From Candidatus Falkowbacteria bacterium (lineage in GTDB: Bacteria > Patescibacteriota > Patescibacteriia > Patescibacteriales > UBA12465): a DNA stretch of 64,000 bases. A program made the translations under genes and the position numbers. Shown here piece by piece: positions 18,763-29,493 of the stretch. The stretch lies in contig CP066698.1 of NCBI GenBank assembly GCA_016432645.1, positions 517,062 to 581,061 of the forward strand. The letters run 5' to 3'. The notes beneath the pieces are model-generated. The model did not search any database. It was not told where the DNA came from and saw only the letters and a list, made by a program, of their open reading frames with translations. Position 1 is the stretch's first letter, and every line of letters starts with the position of its first letter.

Positions 18763-20253
18763 TTAAAAAACTAATTTGCTATTCAAGCTCATAATAGCTT
18801 CGATTTCCTCCAAGCTCAGCCCTTCTTCATGGCGACTCTCTCTCGCCGTGATTGCTTCTTTAAGCGGTAAATTAGAGCTAACAGCATCGGAAACAATTTT
18901 TAAATACATACGGTTAACCGGACTCTTGCGCCAAGCGCTAATACCCATAATCATTTTTTCATAACCATCGTGCTCCAGTAATTTTATTTTATTGAAAACT
19001 TTAGCGGTCATTTCCTCTGGATTTTTGCCTAAGCGACGGAAATTCATTAAATCCAAAAACTGTAATTCTTCCAGGGGACCCATAATCTTAGGAATGGGCT
19101 TAACATCATGTATTTGCTTGCGGGCGCCGGCGTCTTCTTTAGTCGCCGCTAAACGAGCCGCGGCCGTATTAAAAGAAGGTTGAGATTTGCCGGAAACGGA
19201 CGGGGATTTTTTAGAAACCATCTCCGGAGCAGCAGCTGCCAGCGGTTTAGTTATCACCTGAGCATCATCAGAAATATTCGCAATTCTAATAGCGCCTTTG
19301 GTAACAGAATTTTTATCAGCAAATAATTTTTTAATCAAATTATTAGCTTCTGGTTTTTGGACAATTAATTTTTCCGGCGCTGCTTTTATTTCAGGTTTTA
19401 GTTCAGGCTTGAGTTCTGGTTTTACTTCTTGCTTTGCCTCTGGTTTTACTGCTGGCTTTGCTTCTAATTTAGGCGTCGAGGCAAGCGCTGGTTTTTTATC
19501 AATTTTAGACTCCGCCGAGGCTTGATGCCCGGCGGTAATTTCCAATAAAGGCTCCGGAGCAATAATACTCTTAGTCTCGCCGGAAGCTAAAGCACGCTTT
19601 AAATCATATTCCCCGCTCAATTTAGGCGCCAAAATACTACCGGCCGCCTTATCGGCTGTAGAAATAATTTTATCCAAACGGCTAGCGGGGGCTGAGGGCT
19701 TAATGGAACTTTCTGTCTCGCCGTTATATTTATATTTATGGCTGTCACAAACTTTTAAAACTCGATCAACTTCAATAGCGCTCAAATTTAGACCGCCGAG
19801 AGCGATTTCTTTAGCTAAAGAAGCTCGGGTATCAATGCGGCTGCGGACGCCGCGCAAATAAGTTGCCAATATTTTTTGCAAGCGCTCAACTAAAAATTCA
19901 CTCGGAATGAGCAAACCGGCCTCTTTTATCAATAAATTAATATCTTTATATAAATCCAAGACTCGCAGCTCTGAAGAAATGCCGACATAATCGGCGACTG
20001 GGGAAAATATTTTAGTTTTTAATTCGGCCGTTAAGCTATCGGCTTGTTCAGGAGCCAAACCAAATTCACTAGCAAAAATAAGCGGCAACTCTTTAAGCGT
20101 CAAGGTCTTAATCATTACTTTCATCACCACCATTGCCAAATCAACCCGATAACGGCTTTCGATCTCCGACAAAAGAGACATGGCGCTATCAGAAGAAACC
20201 TTGTCTTTCAAGTCTTTCGGCAGACTATTAAATTGTTGCAAGTAGTCAAACAT
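18763..20253 (-). CDS. Conserved hypothetical protein with low-complexity KPE repeats
   Basis: 496-aa ORF; KPEAKQEVKPELKPELKPEIK linker. Confidence 0.65.
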   Translation of the reverse strand: MFDYLQQFNSLPKDLKDKVSSDSAMSLLSEIESRYRVDLAMVVMKVMIKTLTLKELPLIFASEFGLAPEQADSLTAELKTKIFSPVADYVGISSELRVLDLYKDINLLIKEAGLLIPSEFLVERLQKILATYLRGVRSRIDTRASLAKEIALGGLNLSAIEVDRVLKVCDSHKYKYNGETESSIKPSAPASRLDKIISTADKAAGSILAPKLSGEYDLKRALASGETKSIIAPEPLLEITAGHQASAESKIDKKPALASTPKLEAKPAVKPEAKQEVKPELKPELKPEIKAAPEKLIVQKPEANNLIKKLFADKNSVTKGAIRIANISDDAQVITKPLAAAAPEMVSKKSPSVSGKSQPSFNTAAARLAATKEDAGARKQIHDVKPIPKIMGPLEELQFLDLMNFRRLGKNPEEMTAKVFNKIKLLEHDGYEKMIMGISAWRKSPVNRMYLKIVSDAVSSNLPLKEAITARESRHEEGLSLEEIEAIMSLNSKLVF

Positions 20254-20344
20254 CAGCCCTTAAAAAGCGAAAAAATAAACAGAAGTTGTTTTGTCCTTCT
20301 GTTTATTATTTTAACATATTTTAGGTTAAATGGGAAAGTCAAAA

Positions 20345-21283
20345 TCAAAGCGTAGTTATCGGGCGGCTCTGGGTAATATAGAACTTGCCTTTTTCCTGTG
20401 CCCATTCAATATCACAGGGGAATTTATAGTGTTTTTCAATTGCTAAACAGACTTTAGCCAGCTCAATAATCTGCCGGCCGCTTAATTTTTGTTTGCCTTG
20501 CAATGACTTTAAAACCGGCGTCCACTTAACGCCTCCGTTGAGCCCCTTGATAATCTGCCTTTCCTGCTCGGAAATATTAATATCAATAATACTTAGCTCT
20601 TTTTTTTCTATCACATAAGAATCCGGGGTTACCGAGCCGGAAACAATCGCTTCGCCCAACCCGTAACCGGCCTCAATAATCATTTGATTGCGGTCTTGAG
20701 TTACTGGATGAACCGTAAAGGCAATCCCGGAAATTTCTGAATTAACCATCTTTTGAACAACTACTGCCACGCTCACTTTTGTTTTTAACATTTTCTTTTC
20801 ATGGCGGTAAAAAATAGCCCGCGGCGTAAATAAACTTGACCAGCATTTTTTAACATTATCCAATAATGTCTTGTCGGTCGTATTTAAATAAGTCTCCAAT
20901 TCCCCGGCCCAAGAAGCGGCCGAAGAATCTTCCGCGGTCGCGCTGGAACGAACCGCCACGAAAGAACTTTTTAACTTTTTAAACTCGGAAACAATATCTT
21001 TGGCTAAATCAGCCGGCATCTTCGCGCTCGCAATCAATGCCCGAATCTGCGCCGAAGCGCCGTCAACCGAATTTACATCTTTATAATTAACTTTTTTTAA
21101 AAGCGCCTCCAACTCCTGAGTTAAATCGGTTTCCTCTAAAAATCTATCAAAGGCACCGGCTAAAATTACAAATCCCGGCGGCACCTTAAGCCCGGCCTGA
21201 GTCATCTCTCCGAGCGACGCTCCTTTACCGCCGGCAATATCCGCATCTTTTTTACCAATTTTTGAAAATGGCTTGATAAGCAT
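20345..21283 (-). CDS. Stand-alone PEP synthase/PPDK nucleotide-binding (ATP-grasp) domain protein
   Basis: GGKGASLGEM, VAVRSSATAED, GLGEAIVSG, DIEWA, QSRPITTL at the very C-terminus. Confidence 0.92.
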   Translation of the reverse strand: MLIKPFSKIGKKDADIAGGKGASLGEMTQAGLKVPPGFVILAGAFDRFLEETDLTQELEALLKKVNYKDVNSVDGASAQIRALIASAKMPADLAKDIVSEFKKLKSSFVAVRSSATAEDSSAASWAGELETYLNTTDKTLLDNVKKCWSSLFTPRAIFYRHEKKMLKTKVSVAVVVQKMVNSEISGIAFTVHPVTQDRNQMIIEAGYGLGEAIVSGSVTPDSYVIEKKELSIIDINISEQERQIIKGLNGGVKWTPVLKSLQGKQKLSGRQIIELAKVCLAIEKHYKFPCDIEWAQEKGKFYITQSRPITTL

Positions 21284-21294
21284 ATTATTTATAA

Positions 21295-23109
21295 TTAATT
21301 TTTACCAATTAAATCAACTTTTCCATGAGTCGCATCAACGTCAATAATTATACCATCTTTAATAACTTTAGTCGCAATTTTCGTGCCCACAACACAAGGG
21401 ATTCCTAGCTCGCGGGAAATAATCGCCGCGTGGCAGGTTATGCCGCCGACATCGGTCACAATCGCCGAAGCCTTCTTAATCGCCGGTACCAAATCCGGAG
21501 TAGTGGCGATGGAAATTAAAATATCCCCCTGTTTCATTTTAGCCATATCAGCAATAACATTTATAACTTTTGCCTCCCCGCGCGCCCGGCCCGGTGAAGC
21601 ACAATCGCCGGCTAAGATTTTAACATCACCGATTTCTTCTTTAATAATATTTAATTTATCAATAAACTTTTTTGCTTTTTCAGAGGTTAAAAATACTTCA
21701 GTTTGCGGCTTCTTGCTGGAATAATAAATACTAAAATTGTAGCGCTCATTAAGCAGCTCGGCGGACATTTCCCCACCCCTTAAAAGCTGGGATAATTCTT
21801 CCGGATTAAAGTAACGAACCTGGCGCAAAGACAAATAATGGCGCCGGCCGACTTCGCGGTACAAATTTTCCAGCACCGACAAGGCGCAAAAAATAGCATC
21901 TTTGCGCGCCCCTTTGGTAAAAACCAAATCACGCGCGAATTTTAAAACTCCCAGGTGCTCATTATCAATCTTTAATTTTTTCGCCAATTCTTGCTGGCGT
22001 TTTTCCGTTTTTAATTTATTATCTTCGCTTTCTTGAAGGGCCTGAACTGGATTTATTTTCTGCCTAATCAAGCTGCTTAAAATATCAATAAAGTATTCCT
22101 GATTCCAAGCCGGACCGACCATGCCATAACCCAAGAAACCGAAATCTGCCGTATGTTTTTTTATCTTTAAAGCCGTCGGCCTGTCTATTTTTGTCAGCTC
22201 CTCGGCGATTATCCGCGTTTCGGTAAAACTAAAATATTCTTTTAATTTAGCGTCGGCAATTATATCTTGCAAAATTAAAAGCAGGGCGCGATATTCTTCG
22301 GCTGATTTTGAAGGCTGAAGCGGTGTAGTTAAGACGGAAAATACGTCTCCGAGCGACAAGCCGGCAGCTTTTACTTTCGGTTCTAAATAACCCATCAAAT
22401 ATTTAGAAAAGGTTCCCTCGCCGAAATCCAACACCGTTTGCGGAATATGTAATAAATGCAAATCGGTATAAATTTTAAAAAACTTTTCAAAAATATCCGC
22501 CAGCCCGGCGTCCGTGCAAGCTTTTAAGTTTGTTTGTTTTAATTTAGCTGACGCCCGATAAAGTTCAGTGACCCGAAAATCTAAATCACCAATATATTTT
22601 TCACGCCACTTAGCATCAGTTTTCACGCGCTGAAAAATTTCCGTGCTTAACTCATAAAAATCTTTCTTAGAAGTTAGGAGCTGACAAAAATTATCCTGAA
22701 AAATTGTCACTAAAGTTTGCAGACTGGTCTTAAAGCCATAAAGACGGGAAAACTCGGCAGCCATATCAGCATTCCAGGCTGGAGAAGTAAAAAGCGGATA
22801 ATAATTGGGCATTTCTTCCAGACAAAAAATTTCTTCACCGGCCTGAACGGCGCCATATTTTTTAAACATTGATTCCAATTCAGCAAAAAATCTTCCCTGC
22901 TGATTGGCAAAAAAATATTTTTTACCGTTAATAGTTTCGGTCGCCAAAAATCCGCCCTTGAGCAAATTAGCCAATTCTTTATGAACATTGGCCTGATCTA
23001 AATTTAAAGCTTTGACAACTTCGCGAGCGTAGTATTTTCTGTCCTTATTCTTGAAAAATAAAGACATAATAGCTAAGCGCGCCTGGGAGCTGATTAATTG
23101 TTCTAACAT
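21295..23109 (-). CDS. wHTH + helical substrate-binding domain + phosphohistidine swivel domain protein
   Basis: N-terminal [10 protein letters not shown]...NVHKELANL wHTH; C-terminal [18 protein letters not shown]. Confidence 0.85.
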   Translation of the reverse strand: MLEQLISSQARLAIMSLFFKNKDRKYYAREVVKALNLDQANVHKELANLLKGGFLATETINGKKYFFANQQGRFFAELESMFKKYGAVQAGEEIFCLEEMPNYYPLFTSPAWNADMAAEFSRLYGFKTSLQTLVTIFQDNFCQLLTSKKDFYELSTEIFQRVKTDAKWREKYIGDLDFRVTELYRASAKLKQTNLKACTDAGLADIFEKFFKIYTDLHLLHIPQTVLDFGEGTFSKYLMGYLEPKVKAAGLSLGDVFSVLTTPLQPSKSAEEYRALLLILQDIIADAKLKEYFSFTETRIIAEELTKIDRPTALKIKKHTADFGFLGYGMVGPAWNQEYFIDILSSLIRQKINPVQALQESEDNKLKTEKRQQELAKKLKIDNEHLGVLKFARDLVFTKGARKDAIFCALSVLENLYREVGRRHYLSLRQVRYFNPEELSQLLRGGEMSAELLNERYNFSIYYSSKKPQTEVFLTSEKAKKFIDKLNIIKEEIGDVKILAGDCASPGRARGEAKVINVIADMAKMKQGDILISIATTPDLVPAIKKASAIVTDVGGITCHAAIISRELGIPCVVGTKIATKVIKDGIIIDVDATHGKVDLIGKN

Positions 23110-23113
23110 ATGT

Positions 23114-23162
23114 TTTGTATAATTATGGCTTAATTATACAAATAATCTTGTCTAATTGTCAA
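23114..23162 (-). promoter_or_regulatory. Promoter overlapped by operator-like palindromes
   Basis: TTGACA-18-TATAAT (minus strand); 12-bp IR tttgtataatta/taattatacaaa; ttgtctaattgtcaa. Confidence 0.6.
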
Positions 23163-23201
23163 TATTATATTGTAAAAAATACAATATATATTTAAAATAA
23201 A

Positions 23202-25091
23202 TTAAGCGCGGCTAACGACTCTAACTAAACCCTTATCAGCATCAACCTCCACTAAATCGCCATCATGCAGGGCCTTAGTAGCGATTTTAGTGGCAATAAC
23301 GCAGGGTTTGCGCATTTCCCGGGCAACGATAGCAGCGTGGCTAGTTACCCCGCCCTGATCGGTTACAAAGGCGGCAGCCTTCTTCATCGCCGGGACCAAA
23401 TCCGGCTGAGTAGAGATTGAGACCAAAATATCCCCTTCTTCCATCTTTTTCATATCGGCAATTACATTTACAATTCTCACTTTCCCGCGAGCTTGCCCAC
23501 GACAACCACACTGCCCCTTAAGCTCCGAGACCGAAACGTCTTCGTGTTTTTGAATATATTTGCTGGCAATATTTTTAGCTTCTTCGCCGCTAAAAAATAA
23601 TTCTGTATCTTTCGCTGTGTAATAAACACAAAACTCTACACGCTTTTTTATTTCCGTCTTATCAATGATGCCGTCAAAAAGCGCCGCTTTGATTTCCGAA
23701 GATTTCATAAAGCGCAATTCTTTTAGCTTGACGCCAACACGCTCGGCAATTTCTTCCAAAATAAAAGTAGTTTTATAAAGCGCAAACAATTGGGCATAAC
23801 GGCGATAAATTTTCGTAACCATAAAATCCCCCCAAGCAGAAAAGAAGCGCTGGATATCTTTACTTAATTTTAATTCTTTAATTAACGCTGCCCGTTCTTG
23901 AAAAACTTTCTGAGCATGCGCCTCGTGTTCGGCGAAGGTTTCGGCTAAATGAGAATCGCCATTAACCATTCTGACCAACTCTTTCAAATAATGTTCAAAA
24001 TCATAAACGCCCTGCTCTTCCGTGTAAATAAACTTAGTATAAAAATATTGATGATAATGGTCCTCTAAACGTTCCATAATTTCCGGAGCAATTTTAGCTT
24101 TTAAACCACGGACGACTTCGGAAAATTTGGCTTCGTATTCTTCACTGTGCGTATACAAACCAAAAAACTTAACATCTTCTTCCTTAAACTTGCGAAATAA
24201 TTCTTTAAAAACCGCTAATTGGCTGGGGTTTTGCTGAACCATAATTCCAATCTGCATTAAGTTATCCTGCTCTTCCTTCAAAAGCGAGGCCTTATCTGGC
24301 TGAGTCAAAAGTGCCATATATTCTTCAATCTGATTTTCAGCAACGCCGAAATCCTGCAAAATACTTTTGCCGCGATTGGTTAAATTATCGCCGAACATAT
24401 CGGCTGCCACCGGAATCCAGCCATAACGATAATAATCGAGATGAATATTTTCATGCTCCTGATAATATTGCCAGAGTTCTTCTTTGCTTAATTTTTCTAA
24501 GCCGCTTTCCGGAATTTTAGCCACCACTTCATTTAATTTATCGGCAAAAAATCTAATTTTAGCGTTAACATCTTCCATAAAATCGATGTCGCCCAAAAAC
24601 TTATTAACTAAATGTTCGCCGCCTTCATAAGCATCTTGTTTATCAAAATAAAACCACAGATTGTAACCCTGATAAACTCCAACTATTTGTTTATAAGCAT
24701 GGCCACCGGGTTCTTGAAAACCATTAGTAAAACAATAAAATGGGATGGCCATAAACCAGGGGCTGATATTCATTATTTCCTCAGCCAGAAACCAATCATG
24801 CTTAAACATTTTTTCCAGATTCTGATTATTATTTTTAGTGAGCAATGATTTTAATTCCGTAATTGCTTTATAACCCTGATTAAGAAAATAATATTTTTTC
24901 TTCCCTCTTGTTTCCTGGGCGACAACCCCCGCCTCAATTAAGCCGGCTAATTCGCGCGAAACATTGGCATTATTTTTATTTAAAGCCGTGGCGATTTCTC
25001 CTAAATATAATTTAGGCTCCCCGCCTTGCTCCGAGTTACTTAAAAGCTCAAGAATTTCGTAAGCGGTTTGAGATTTAAACAAATTTTTCAT
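23202..25091 (-). CDS. wHTH + helical substrate-binding domain + phosphohistidine swivel domain protein
   Basis: LYLGEIATAL...NVSRELAGL wHTH; C-terminal TDQGGVTSHAAIVAREM. Confidence 0.85.
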   Translation of the reverse strand: MKNLFKSQTAYEILELLSNSEQGGEPKLYLGEIATALNKNNANVSRELAGLIEAGVVAQETRGKKKYYFLNQGYKAITELKSLLTKNNNQNLEKMFKHDWFLAEEIMNISPWFMAIPFYCFTNGFQEPGGHAYKQIVGVYQGYNLWFYFDKQDAYEGGEHLVNKFLGDIDFMEDVNAKIRFFADKLNEVVAKIPESGLEKLSKEELWQYYQEHENIHLDYYRYGWIPVAADMFGDNLTNRGKSILQDFGVAENQIEEYMALLTQPDKASLLKEEQDNLMQIGIMVQQNPSQLAVFKELFRKFKEEDVKFFGLYTHSEEYEAKFSEVVRGLKAKIAPEIMERLEDHYHQYFYTKFIYTEEQGVYDFEHYLKELVRMVNGDSHLAETFAEHEAHAQKVFQERAALIKELKLSKDIQRFFSAWGDFMVTKIYRRYAQLFALYKTTFILEEIAERVGVKLKELRFMKSSEIKAALFDGIIDKTEIKKRVEFCVYYTAKDTELFFSGEEAKNIASKYIQKHEDVSVSELKGQCGCRGQARGKVRIVNVIADMKKMEEGDILVSISTQPDLVPAMKKAAAFVTDQGGVTSHAAIVAREMRKPCVIATKIATKALHDGDLVEVDADKGLVRVVSRA

Positions 25092-25096
25092 ATATT

Positions 25097-25132
25097 TTGT
25101 CTATTAGGCAATAAATATTGCCTTATGAGCAA
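25097..25132. promoter_or_regulatory. Tandem operator-like TTG-N9-CAA palindromes
   Basis: ttgtctattaggcaa (25097-25111) and ttgccttatgagcaa (25118-25132) immediately upstream of the wHTH gene. Confidence 0.5.
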
Positions 25133-25187
25133 ATAATATAGCAATTTAACACAAAAGTCAATAGTTAAGCTCTTAAACCATCAACTA

Positions 25188-25216
25188 TTGACAAATTGGT
25201 GATAATATTATATAAT
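25188..25216 (+). promoter_or_regulatory. Sigma70 promoter
   Basis: TTGACA-17-TATAAT perfect consensus. Confidence 0.75.
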
Positions 25217-25280
25217 ATAGGGGTTGAACATTGAAAATTTCATATTATAAACCAGGCCCAAAAGGCCGCAAAATCTGTTA

Positions 25281-25889
25281 ATGATGAGTAAAAATCTGAT
25301 TTACGTCCGACACGGAAAAAAAGATGGCGAAAACATCGCTAAAGAAGCTTTGGAAGATATCGTAAAAAACGGTATCCCGATGGTGAATGACCTTTGCACA
25401 GGCCAAAAAATTCGTATCCATGATGGGACGGAGTACGACCGGACACGTCAAACTGTTGGCGCTTATGTGGCTTTCTTGAATGGAGATGCGCATGATAAAA
25501 CCATCAATTGCGAAATTGTTGGCCACATCCCTGCTGACCCGCGCTTAGGTAATAAAGCCCTCTTTGACGAGTGGACCGCCAACCCCGATGTCGTCGCCGA
25601 CGCTACTACCAGAAATTGGTACAGAGCTTTTGAGGACTATAGTCCTCTTTTCATCACTCGGGTCCAATTGGATGCCTTGGCCGCGTTGCGCAACATCTTC
25701 GCTCAAGCGAATGATGGCGAGCTAATCATTTCCGTTGGTCATACGCCAATGATTGAGTGGTTGGCCTTTGCCTGCGACCAATATGAGGTGATATCTCGCG
25801 ACATTAAGTTAGCCGAATTAACCGGCTTTATCTTTACCGAAGAATTCGGTCAAATTACTGTTACCGGCTTTATCAAAGCTGAAATTTAA
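25281..25889 (+). CDS. Histidine phosphatase superfamily protein
   Basis: YVRHG, RTRQT, SVGH. Confidence 0.7.
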   Translation: MMSKNLIYVRHGKKDGENIAKEALEDIVKNGIPMVNDLCTGQKIRIHDGTEYDRTRQTVGAYVAFLNGDAHDKTINCEIVGHIPADPRLGNKALFDEWTANPDVVADATTRNWYRAFEDYSPLFITRVQLDALAALRNIFAQANDGELIISVGHTPMIEWLAFACDQYEVISRDIKLAELTGFIFTEEFGQITVTGFIKAEI

Positions 25890-25922
25890 AAACAAACCGA
25901 CGCCCGACGGAATCGAGCAACT

Positions 25923-25956
25923 AAAAACCGACACCATCAAAAAGTGCCGGTTTTTT
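25923..25956. terminator. Bidirectional intrinsic terminator
   Basis: aaaaaccgacac...gtgccggtttttt. Confidence 0.7.
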
Positions 25957-25974
25957 ATTTTTACCAAATTAAAT

Positions 25975-26574
25975 CTAAAACTTATTTAACCAACTCCTTA
26001 CTTCCCTTTTAAGCTGGGCGGGGCTTTGATAAAGGATGGTCTCGATACCAATCTTTTTAGCATTAACAAAATTATAATCTTGATCATCTATCAACAATGT
26101 TTCCGCCGGAGAATGGCCAAATCGTTTTAATAAATATTCCATCGCCTCTTTAGATTTTTTTTCCAAGCCTAAATTATAGCTGTTAATTATTACCGGGAAA
26201 TAACGGTTTAATCTATATAGACTGACAACTTCATTAAATTGGCGCGGCGTATTTTTAGAAAAGACCACAATTTCGGCGTTCTTATTTTTCCAATCTTGGG
26301 CTAACTTGGTTATTGGCTTATTTAGCTTTTGAAAAGAAATATGTATTTTCCTTAATTCCGCGCCCGTCTCATTGAGTTTCAATTCTTTAGCTGCCAAAGA
26401 AAAAGATTGTGCCTCAGTCATTTTGCCCATAGTCGCCGCCGTAAAATATTTATGGTAAACAACCTGGTAGACAGCGTCATAATCAAGCTGATATTTTTTA
26501 GCAATCCACTCACAAGTTTCTTTGTAGCTGCCGATAGTGATTACGCCAAATAAATCTAAAATAATGAAGGGCAT
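25975..26574 (-). CDS. HAD-superfamily hydrolase
   Basis: ILDLFGV motif I, FSKN, K motif III, LIDD motif IV. Confidence 0.78.
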   Translation of the reverse strand: MPFIILDLFGVITIGSYKETCEWIAKKYQLDYDAVYQVVYHKYFTAATMGKMTEAQSFSLAAKELKLNETGAELRKIHISFQKLNKPITKLAQDWKNKNAEIVVFSKNTPRQFNEVVSLYRLNRYFPVIINSYNLGLEKKSKEAMEYLLKRFGHSPAETLLIDDQDYNFVNAKKIGIETILYQSPAQLKREVRSWLNKF

Positions 26575-26638
26575 AAACTTTAAACTGATTATATTTTATC
26601 TTGTTTTAATAATGTCTTTGTTATAATAGCTTGGCTGT

Positions 26639-26706
26639 GGGCCCGGCCAGGTGGCGAGCCTGAACTTGACACTTAGGTCTCCGGGGTTCAATTCCCCGCG
26701 GGTCCA
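26639..26706 (+). ncRNA. tRNA-like RNA, copy 1 (Ala-type acceptor, no conserved D-stem)
   Basis: GGGCCCG/CGGGTCC-A acceptor with G3-U70; T-arm CGGGG-TTCAATT-CCCCG; loop CTTGACA; extended -10 TGtTATAAT at 26619-26627. Confidence 0.75.
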
Positions 26707-26757
26707 CAGCGGCTAGCTAATATTGACCGAGAAAACTAATTTTGCTATAATCATTTT

Positions 26758-26831
26758 ACTAAGTGTCAAGTTTGAGCTCAAATAAAAATCATCTGGAAGA
26801 GACAATAAATTCCCCCGAATAGGGGGTTTTT
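26758..26831 (+). ncRNA. Partner small RNA, copy 1
   Basis: Promoter TTGACC-17-TATAAT (26723-26751); 26759-26772 is the reverse complement of 26663-26676; terminator ccccc-gaata-ggggg-tttt. Confidence 0.62.
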
Positions 26832-26840
26832 ATTTTGAAA

Positions 26841-27794
26841 TTATCTGCTAAAACTAGTTTCAATGCTCTTATCCGTTCTCTCCGCTGCCGCTACTGCTTT
26901 TTCAAAAATCGCTCGACGCTTAATAATTTTATCAACTGTATCTTTAGAAACCTCAATTTCTTTTTGCTCTCCCTTATCTTGATAAGATAATTTAATAGTT
27001 TGTTCTGCCCCCTTATTTACAATGCGGATATGTAAGCCTTCGGTTTCCGCCCAACCATTTTTTAAATCAGAAATAAACGCATCGCGAGCCGCTGCTCCAT
27101 TTTGCTCTTTAAGAACTTCGGCCAAGAAAGGCTCGGCCACAGATTGATGAGTCGCCAGGTATCTTTCCAAATAATTTGGAAATTCCTCATCATTTTTTTT
27201 CTTATCAGTTGCCAACCGATTAAAATTATTTCCAATTTTGCTATGTTTATCCACTAGTTCCGCGACATTTCCGGCTTGGCGCAAATAAGTTGTAGAAACT
27301 GTATCGCCTTTTAGAATTGCCTGCTTATCACTTTCATTAGCTAACCATTTCATATATTCGCCAGCTTTAAAAGCGGCCATCCCTTCTGCCTGAATCGGGC
27401 CGTCAAGATTAAAAGCCAAGCGTTCATCGCGATATATTTTTTTCCCAACTTTAATTTCTTCAGATATTTTTTTATCCATTTCCTCCAAGCTATCATCAAC
27501 TCCAATTTTATCTTCATTGGCGCCCATAATCAGCATGGCTGTTTCCGCCGTCCGGTCCATTGGGCTGGCGCCAGCAATAGCAACGTTGATATCAGGATTC
27601 ATTTTCAAACCTTTCTCATGAGCCAATTCTCTTCCTTCTGGCGTTAATAATAATTCAGAATTTGGCCGATTAGGATCGTTTTCTTTTTTACTATGACGAA
27701 AAATTTCTAGCCTAACTTCTGTTTCTAAAGGTTTTTCGGCCTCGACTTGTTGTTCTGATTTTTTATCAAAACTAAATTTTTGCATTCCAAACAT
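26841..27794 (-). CDS. Histidine phosphatase superfamily protein
   Basis: IFRHS, LTPEG, SPMDRTAETA, ATHQ. Confidence 0.68.
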   Translation of the reverse strand: MFGMQKFSFDKKSEQQVEAEKPLETEVRLEIFRHSKKENDPNRPNSELLLTPEGRELAHEKGLKMNPDINVAIAGASPMDRTAETAMLIMGANEDKIGVDDSLEEMDKKISEEIKVGKKIYRDERLAFNLDGPIQAEGMAAFKAGEYMKWLANESDKQAILKGDTVSTTYLRQAGNVAELVDKHSKIGNNFNRLATDKKKNDEEFPNYLERYLATHQSVAEPFLAEVLKEQNGAAARDAFISDLKNGWAETEGLHIRIVNKGAEQTIKLSYQDKGEQKEIEVSKDTVDKIIKRRAIFEKAVAAAERTDKSIETSFSR

Positions 27795-27848
27795 AAATTT
27801 ATATTTTATCTTACGTTAATAACTGTTTTGTTATAATAACTTAGCTGT

Positions 27849-27915
27849 GGGCCCGGCAGGTCGCGAGGCGGGCTTTGACATCCTGTTCTTCGGGGTCCGA
27901 TTCCCCGCGGGTCCA
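27849..27915 (+). ncRNA. tRNA-like RNA, copy 2
   Basis: Same acceptor stem; T-arm CGGGG-TCCGATT-CCCCG; loop TTTGACA; TGtTATAAT at 27829-27837. Confidence 0.75.
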
Positions 27916-27966
27916 CAGTCGCTAGCTATATTATTGACCCATGAGAAAAAATTTGCTATCATATGA

Positions 27967-28029
27967 GTGTCAAAGCCTGTCTATTATGCAACCTGTAAGA
28001 TAAATAAACGCCCCCGCAAGGGGGTTTTT
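27967..28029 (+). ncRNA. Partner small RNA, copy 2
   Basis: Promoter TTGACC-17-TATCAT (27934-27962); 27967-27982 pairs with 27866-27881; terminator ccccc-gcaa-ggggg-tttt. Confidence 0.62.
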
Positions 28030-29491
28030 ATTTTGTAGTCCTTTTTAAAATTTTAACTATCCCTTTATTGGCATCGACTTCCAGCCAATCATTATCTTTT
28101 ATTTCCTTGCTGACATGAGCTACGCCAACGACGCAAGGGATTTTCATCTCTCGACTAATCACTGAAACATGAGCAGTAATCCCGCCTTCTTCCGCGACAA
28201 TTGCTCCAACACGAGACAGAATCGGCACAAAATCTGGACCGGTATTCATCACTACCAGGATATCGCCTTTATTTACTTTGTAAAAGTCTCTAGGTGAATG
28301 AACAATTTTAGCTCTTCCGTTTACCTTACCAATACATGCAGTCCGCCCTTTGAATTCACCAGTAATATTTTTGGAATAAGTTAAAAACTTTTTTTCATAT
28401 TTATCGGCTTCACTGCTAATATATCTTAATTTTATTTTACCGGTTAAACTTATAAAAACTGTATGCCGCTTACAAGCAGCCGCTTCTTTTTTATTATATT
28501 TTCCATCAGCCGTAAGGCGGATTGCCTCCTGATGGCTTAAATCTTTAATAAAACTGCTTTCGAGCCCAGTGCGTTTGGAAATTTCTTTAAAAATAGTCTC
28601 GCCGTATAGCTGCAGCTTATTAGTCGAAAACTTAAAGTAATCTTTAAGATAGCTGACTTCACCAGCAACCTTAACGGCCGCCCTTTCTGCTTTGGCTAAT
28701 TTATTTACAATAGATTTTCTTTCTTTTTGCTCTTTAACAAAATCCGTTTTTATTTTTTGTAAAAGTTTGGTCGGATTTTTTTTGACCAGAGCTTTTAATC
28801 GGCTCTCATAGCCGGCTAAAGTGACTAAAGGTTCATCATAGTATCCTAACGTAAGCCAGCGGAATTTATTATAAATTTTATTTAGTTCTCGAACATATAC
28901 TTCGGTTTTGAGCTTAATAATTTTATTTTTTATTTTTTCCGCTAAAATCAACAAGGCCTTATTTTCCTGAGTCGCAAAGCTCTGGCGAGAGGCGGCGGAT
29001 AATAAATGGCTATAGTCTTTATTTTTTGAAGAAATTGATAAACTTTTAAAATACTCTAAAGCACCCCGATCTATCAAGCGTAAAACCATAGCTGGCTTGT
29101 GAAGTTCTTGCGTCTGTAAATAATAAAAACGAAGAAGTTCGCTTAATTTTTCATTGCTTAAACTGGATATATCAAAGGAGTCAATATATTTAATCGCTCC
29201 TTCTCTGACATCAGTCAGGTAATCTTCTAAAACTTTTAATAACTTTGGGTTATTAACAAACTTATCCAGCACTGAAATAAAACTTTGCTTGTCTTTAATC
29301 GCATAATAAATTTGAAATTTGCTATCTCTGTACTCAACAATAGTTAAAGTATTAATCGGAAAAAGCTTATGCTTCTGAGCACAATAGTTAGCCACAACTT
29401 CCGCAATATAAAAATGCGAGGAGCGACTGGCTTCCGGGATTATCTGATAACCACTCAAATCAAGATATTTATTATCAGCTTTATTATTCAT
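28028..29491 (-). CDS. Helical domain + phosphohistidine swivel domain protein
   Basis: C-terminal AEEGGITAHVSVISREM...VDANKG. Confidence 0.85.
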   Translation of the reverse strand: MNNKADNKYLDLSGYQIIPEASRSSHFYIAEVVANYCAQKHKLFPINTLTIVEYRDSKFQIYYAIKDKQSFISVLDKFVNNPKLLKVLEDYLTDVREGAIKYIDSFDISSLSNEKLSELLRFYYLQTQELHKPAMVLRLIDRGALEYFKSLSISSKNKDYSHLLSAASRQSFATQENKALLILAEKIKNKIIKLKTEVYVRELNKIYNKFRWLTLGYYDEPLVTLAGYESRLKALVKKNPTKLLQKIKTDFVKEQKERKSIVNKLAKAERAAVKVAGEVSYLKDYFKFSTNKLQLYGETIFKEISKRTGLESSFIKDLSHQEAIRLTADGKYNKKEAAACKRHTVFISLTGKIKLRYISSEADKYEKKFLTYSKNITGEFKGRTACIGKVNGRAKIVHSPRDFYKVNKGDILVVMNTGPDFVPILSRVGAIVAEEGGITAHVSVISREMKIPCVVGVAHVSKEIKDNDWLEVDANKGIVKILKRTTK

Positions 29492-29493
29492 AA

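Noticed and set aside
19384..19474. 12-nt periodicity
   Set aside because: Explained by the KPEx low-complexity protein linker; not an independent DNA repeat
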